From the IMG/VR virus record IMGVR_UViG_3300024520_000057, positions 9,215 through 73,214 of that record: a stretch of DNA of 64,000 bases; one strand, written 5' to 3'. Numbering within the stretch: the stretch's first letter is position 1; each line of letters starts with the position of its first letter. The DNA comes from a virus. Below, one piece after another: positions 59,956 through 64,000 of this stretch. The position numbers and the translations under genes were made by a program. A model generated the notes under the pieces. That model saw only the letters and a list, made by a program, of their open reading frames with translations, was not told where the DNA came from and did no database searches.

Positions 59956-60942
59956 ATGCCAAGCTTAAAAGACATAAAACCAGCTGTCAATATCAAGGAA
60001 TTCCTTACAGAACAGGGAGTGGATTTTATTGACAGAGGTGACTGGATTATGATGAGTTGTCTGTTTTCAGACCATGAAGATAGCAATCCAAGCTTTTCAA
60101 TCAATGTTGTAAATTATGGATTCAATTGTTATGGGTGTCAACGGCATGGAACATGGATGGAATTATGTGATGAATTAGGGTGGGATGGATATACAGCAGC
60201 TGAAGAATTTTTGACAAGCAATTACACCTATGAACAACATCAGGATGCACTCAAACGACTGGACATGAATGTTGATGGATTGAATACAGATATGCTGGAA
60301 GGTAGATGGAGAAAACCAATTGGATTTAGATACATTGAGAATACAGATCCACAGTATGAATATTTGAAGAAAAGAAAGCTTCACAAGTGTATTGAAAAGT
60401 TCAAGCTTGGTGTGACAACAGACATGGATATTGACTATGGAAAAAATTATTTACACCGAGTAATAGTTCCAGTCCATTCTTACAAAGGCAGATATTTGTG
60501 GTGTGAGGGAAGATATATTTACAAAGCAGAATTTAAGAAATATTTTAGACCAAGTGGTGTAAAAAAGGAACTGGTGCTTTTCAATTTACACAGAGTGTTA
60601 AAGCAAAAATGGGATTGGGTGGTTGTAAATGAAGGTGTATTTGATACAATGACTTTGTGGAATTGGAATACACCTGCTGTTTGTGTGTTTGGAGCAACGA
60701 TGAGTGATCTTCAATTATACACTCTGGTTGCATCGTTCGATAAAATATATTTGTGTTATGATACAGACAGAGCTGGATTGAATGCTGTATTTGGTGAGGG
60801 AGATAGGTATGGAATCAAAGATAGAATTTCCAGTCTTGGTGTATCTATTTACCGTATTGTGATGCCAAGAGGCAAGGATGTGAATAAAGTGAGCAAGGCT
60901 GAGTTTGAAAAAATATTTTACAGAGCCAGAAGAATATGGTGA
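59956..60942 (+). CDS. dnaG: DnaG-type primase (CHC2 zinc finger + TOPRIM)
   Basis: CLFSDHEDSNPSF, CYGC, EGVFDTM, CYDTDRAG, KDVN. Confidence 0.9.
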   Translation: MPSLKDIKPAVNIKEFLTEQGVDFIDRGDWIMMSCLFSDHEDSNPSFSINVVNYGFNCYGCQRHGTWMELCDELGWDGYTAAEEFLTSNYTYEQHQDALKRLDMNVDGLNTDMLEGRWRKPIGFRYIENTDPQYEYLKKRKLHKCIEKFKLGVTTDMDIDYGKNYLHRVIVPVHSYKGRYLWCEGRYIYKAEFKKYFRPSGVKKELVLFNLHRVLKQKWDWVVVNEGVFDTMTLWNWNTPAVCVFGATMSDLQLYTLVASFDKIYLCYDTDRAGLNAVFGEGDRYGIKDRISSLGVSIYRIVMPRGKDVNKVSKAEFEKIFYRARRIW

Positions 60943-61085
60943 ATGGATTGTATATTAGAGTAACCAAAAGCAAGTGGATGTTATATTAAAGGTTCACAGA
61001 TATAAAATGGAGGATAGGCTAATGCACTGAATTGAGAGAAACCACATATTATAATACAATTGCCAGGTTATATATTGAAGGAAAT

Positions 61086-61122
61086 AAATCCCTGTATTTT
61101 TGATGAGATACAGGGATTTTTA
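61086..61122 (+). terminator. Terminator ending the replication operon
   Basis: aaatccctgtat/atacagggattt 12-bp stem followed by Ts. Confidence 0.75.
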
Positions 61123-61139
61123 TATTATTCCATAAATTT

Positions 61140-61294
61140 TAAAAAAATACCAAAAAAAGTTTATACAAAAAACCCACTTATTCCATTGTTTTCCAAAAAA
61201 AATAAAAAAAACTTTAAAAAAGCCAAAAAAAAGCTTTACTTTTGAGATAAAAGACCGTATCTTTCTCGTGAGTTTAAAATAAAGTTCTTTGAAA
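61140..61294 (+). promoter_or_regulatory. Strong early-type promoter with A-tract UP region and boxA-like site
   Basis: TTTACT (61235-40), 17 nt, TATCTT (61258-63); upstream A-tracts; GTTCTTTGAAA at 61284-94. Confidence 0.65.
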
Positions 61295-61561
61295 TCGAAA
61301 GTGTCCTTCTCTTGCTACTTAAAAAAGTTCGGATTGCAAGACCACTCGGAACGGCACTGAAAAAATTGAGGTGAGGGAATTTTCTGTCGACGAATGACAA
61401 AGGTCAACCAAGATTTTTTTAACAAGGTTAGATTTTAGTGCAATGGAAATTAGCATCAGCTAATTTTTGGTGGCTGCCACAACTTTCCTGGAAATGATTG
61501 AAAAGAGCATAATGCCCCATGAGCCCATGAAAATTAATACCTTGTCTTCCCACTTATAATA

Positions 61562-61610
61562 ATTCCCATGAAATTTTTGAATTTATGAAGTTCGATGCTT
61601 CCATGGGAAT
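61562..61610 (+). ncRNA. Minimal tRNA-like element (acceptor-like stem + T-arm)
   Basis: attcccatg/catgggaat stem; gaag-TTCGATG-cttc T-arm. Confidence 0.5.
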
Positions 61611-61614
61611 CTAT

Positions 61615-61679
61615 GGCTTTGCTGATGGCTGGTGCCCAGTGGATGATAGCCCATGCAGGTTCGATCCCTGCCAGAGCCA
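61615..61679 (+). ncRNA. tRNA-like RNA / atypical tRNA (65 nt, no clear anticodon arm, no CCA)
   Basis: ggctttg/cagagcc 7-bp acceptor; gcagg-TTCGATC-cctgc T-arm; 33-nt core. Confidence 0.65.
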
Positions 61680-61724
61680 CAAATTTGTAACATCAATAAA
61701 TTCATTAAAACAGTGAGGTGTAAC

Positions 61725-61931
61725 ATGTGTAAGTTTTGTAAATTGGTAGGACATACTATTCAAGTTCAGGAGCCAAATCAGAAATTTTCTCATGATGTTT
61801 ACAAGGTGAAAAAGGTAGGTTCTGACTGGGTGGAATTGGAATGTGCTAATGGTGATGATATGGATGGTGAAATAATTACTGTAGATAAGCAATGGTTATT
61901 TGGATGTAAAATAGAAAAAGTGAGGGCATGA
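61725..61931 (+). CDS. Small early protein
   Basis: TGAGGTG SD then ATG 61725. Confidence 0.6.
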   Translation: MCKFCKLVGHTIQVQEPNQKFSHDVYKVKKVGSDWVELECANGDDMDGEIITVDKQWLFGCKIEKVRA

Positions 61932-62131
61932 TGGAATTGCAAGATGTTTTGAAAACAGTGAGGGCATATCAGAAGTCAGGTGGAAAGGTTGAGGTTGCTC
62001 CAAATGCTAAATTGGATTTGGATGGGTGGTTATTTAGCTTGGAAGAAGGTTTTGAAATAATGGTTGGTCAATTAGTTAATGAGTTTGGTGACCTTCCAAT
62101 GGCATATCGTAAATTAAACATTAAAAATTGA
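61928..62131 (+). CDS. Small early protein
   Basis: ATGA overlap, GAGG SD. Confidence 0.55.
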   Translation: MMELQDVLKTVRAYQKSGGKVEVAPNAKLDLDGWLFSLEEGFEIMVGQLVNEFGDLPMAYRKLNIKN

Positions 62132-62140
62132 GGTGTTATT

Positions 62141-62290
62141 GTGAATGAATTATCAGATATTGCAGTCAAATATTTAGATGAAGGTGGTGATCCAAATAAC
62201 AGTGAGGATATTAAAGAGTGTGCTGTTAAAAATGGAGTTGATTATTTTGACTTGAAAGATGAAATAGAAATATATGTAGACAATGCTTGA
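62141..62290 (+). CDS. Small acidic early protein (49 aa)
   Basis: TGAGGTGTTATT-GTG start, hand-translated. Confidence 0.55.
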   Translation: MNELSDIAVKYLDEGGDPNNSEDIKECAVKNGVDYFDLKDEIEIYVDNA

Positions 62291-62391
62291 ACAAATGAGG
62301 CTCTTCCAAAACTCCTGTGTATTCATATTATAATACAATGGTGGTGAGTGGAGAGCCTTGTTAATTTAATCATAACATGTGAGGTGTTATC

Positions 62392-62529
62392 ATGACTTGG
62401 TCAACTTGGTTTGTTTGGTTGGTGTTTGTTTTAATAATTGTTGTTTTTCTTACAACTGGAATTCCTATTATGCTTCCAGCTGTTGTGGAAACTGAAAAGG
62501 TAATTTTAAACAGTGAGGTGTTATTGTGA
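62392..62529 (+). CDS. Small membrane peptide (45 aa)
   Basis: TGAGGTGTTATC-ATG; MTWSTWFVWLVFVLIIVVFL. Confidence 0.55.
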   Translation: MTWSTWFVWLVFVLIIVVFLTTGIPIMLPAVVETEKVILNSEVLL

Positions 62530-62780
62530 GTAAATTAAATGTTCCAGATGAATTGTTAAGTAAATTTGTAGACAGTGAAGTTGGATTGGATGTAGGTGTA
62601 TTTAGGCAGAGTGAAGATTTTATATGGTATGGGTGGAAAAAGAAAATCAAAGGTAGTGGTGACAAGGAAGAATGGAAAGAAGGTGCACTAAGATTAATTG
62701 AAATTTTAAAGGAAAATGGATGTGGAGAATATGAATTATTCAATTCTTCAGATAGAGGTGCTTCAATATTAAGACATTAA
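62526..62780 (+). CDS. Small early protein
   Basis: TGAGGTGTTATT-GTG start. Confidence 0.6.
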   Translation: MSKLNVPDELLSKFVDSEVGLDVGVFRQSEDFIWYGWKKKIKGSGDKEEWKEGALRLIEILKENGCGEYELFNSSDRGASILRH

Positions 62781-62796
62781 AAAATGAGGTGGCATC

Positions 62797-62967
62797 ATGA
62801 TTCAACAAAAAATAATAAGTGAAATTAATTGGTTAAGGGAAGTGTTGGAAAAGATTGAGAAGGATATGGATGATTTACATCCTACAGACAAAGCTGGATA
62901 TGCAGAATTGCAGGAGGAATGGGATGATATTAACAATGATTTACAAAAATTAAGAAATTCAATTTAA
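62797..62967 (+). CDS. Small coiled-coil early protein (56 aa)
   Basis: TGAGGTGGCATC-ATG, hand-translated. Confidence 0.55.
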   Translation: MIQQKIISEINWLREVLEKIEKDMDDLHPTDKAGYAELQEEWDDINNDLQKLRNSI

Positions 62968-63006
62968 TCATATTGTATTTTAAATTATAACAAATGAGGT
63001 GTTATT

Positions 63007-63408
63007 ATGAGCAAGAAGAATGAAGTAACAAAGGAAATGGTTGCTGATGCAATGCAAGCAATGTTTCAAAAGTTTGGTTTCAAGGTATCAAGCTATCAGT
63101 TCATTGATACTCCTGATGAGGATGTGTGGGATGTTGTATTTCCAGATGAAGTTGCTACAGGAATGGCTGCATTTTCTATTAAGACGATCCAAGCCACTGG
63201 GAAAGTATTTGGTGTTAAGACTTGTAGGCTTTTTGTAAGGTATCAACATCATACTGGTGGAGGCAATGGATATTCTCAGGATTATATTATTGTTAACAAG
63301 TCAAATACATTTTCTGCACCTGATATTAAATTATTGGATTATAATACATATAGAGAATGTGTTGATTTTTATCATGTTGAAACAACAAAAGAGGAGGAAA
63401 AATCATGA
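63007..63408 (+). CDS. Hypothetical early protein
   Basis: TGAGGTGTTATT-ATG start. Confidence 0.65.
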   Translation: MSKKNEVTKEMVADAMQAMFQKFGFKVSSYQFIDTPDEDVWDVVFPDEVATGMAAFSIKTIQATGKVFGVKTCRLFVRYQHHTGGGNGYSQDYIIVNKSNTFSAPDIKLLDYNTYRECVDFYHVETTKEEEKS

Positions 63409-63941
63409 TTACAACAAAAAATACAACATTTGAAGAGATGGTTGAGATGTGGAAAGTTGGCTTTTCAGCCAAGGGTGAGGTGGATCCAAAAATTAATTGT
63501 GACTTGCAAGATTGGTTTAGTGGTTCTGGTGATAAGTTGTCTCTGTTGTCTTATTATTATGCCAACCAAGTCTTGTTTAGGGAAATATATCTTTCAGTGT
63601 ATTCTGTGAAGGATTGGGATGCTTATTTATTGTTCCTCATTCCTTATTTAAGGGACTTGAGGCAGCTGGAAGAACGATGTGATTTAGTTGTTGACCAAAA
63701 AAGTGAATTGAATGTGTTGTATGATGTTGCTGAAGAAGATATCAAAAGACTCACTCGTGAAGTTAAAGGATTGGAAGAACAATTGGAACTTGCTAAAGGA
63801 TATGTGGATGAATACAAAATGAAATCCAGAGAATTGGATTCATCCATTGTTAGACTTAATGGAATAATGGAAGATCAGGAGCAGAGGATTCTTGGTTTGA
63901 AAGCAAAATTGTATGACAAATTTGTGGAGGAAAAATTATGA
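63405..63941 (+). CDS. Hypothetical protein with C-terminal coiled coil
   Basis: GGAGG SD; heptad pattern. Confidence 0.6.
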   Translation: MITTKNTTFEEMVEMWKVGFSAKGEVDPKINCDLQDWFSGSGDKLSLLSYYYANQVLFREIYLSVYSVKDWDAYLLFLIPYLRDLRQLEERCDLVVDQKSELNVLYDVAEEDIKRLTREVKGLEEQLELAKGYVDEYKMKSRELDSSIVRLNGIMEDQEQRILGLKAKLYDKFVEEKL

Positions 63942-64000
63942 GGTATTTGGTGAAGACTGAGAGATTCAATCACTTAGGCAAGAAGCTGTATCCACCAACT

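Larger units (their letters stand above)
1..64000 (+). mobile_element. Tailed dsDNA bacteriophage genome segment (siphovirus-like)
   Basis: Co-oriented terL, portal, protease, capsid, neck, tail tube, chaperone, tape measure and tail genes, plus lysis and replication modules; no host housekeeping genes. Confidence 0.97.

Noticed and set aside
61060-61245. 61-aa Lys-rich ORF
   Set aside because: It is the translation of a terminator and promoter A-tracts
61615-61679. Canonical tRNA with an assignable anticodon
   Set aside because: Core too short, with no convincing 5-bp anticodon stem and 7-nt loop; kept as tRNA-like only
1-64000. Alternative genetic code (stop-codon reassignment)
   Set aside because: Long genes are intact in code 11 and end in TAA, TAG and TGA; only one isolated in-frame TGA was noticed

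Overview
This window is 64 kb of an AT-rich, CpG-poor tailed dsDNA phage (Caudoviricetes, long non-contractile tail layout), with essentially all real genes on the + strand. In order it contains: (1) a skew-flipping non-coding repeat region; (2) an accessory, lysis and membrane-protein region with an NlpC/P60 lysin, holin/spanin candidates, methyl- and glycosyltransferases, and an adjacent cohesin + dockerin pair; (3) a terminase large subunit split into two overlapping ORFs by an apparently split intein carrying a PD-(D/E)XK endonuclease; (4) portal, MuF-ADP-ribosyltransferase, ChaB-protease, scaffold and major capsid genes; (5) a glycosylation/amino-sugar cluster inside the morphogenesis module; (6) a 27x20-aa repeat fibre locus; (7) neck and tail genes with a -1 frameshifted chaperone, a tape measure protein and a signal-peptide-bearing beta-helix spike; (8) an SNF2/DnaB/primase replication module; (9) a strong early-type promoter with a boxA-like site and a structured leader holding two tRNA-like elements, then small early genes. 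No integrase or CRISPR array was seen. The best candidate new system is inferred, not shown: the phage appears to export several Gln(+1) signal-peptide proteins rich in D-[S/T]-aliphatic O-glycosylation sequons, including its tailspike-like protein, and encodes a cohesin-dockerin pair split across compartments, on top of its own glycosylation cluster. The host is probably an FCB-superphylum bacterium (inference). All assignments are by-eye motif recognition; no searches were run.
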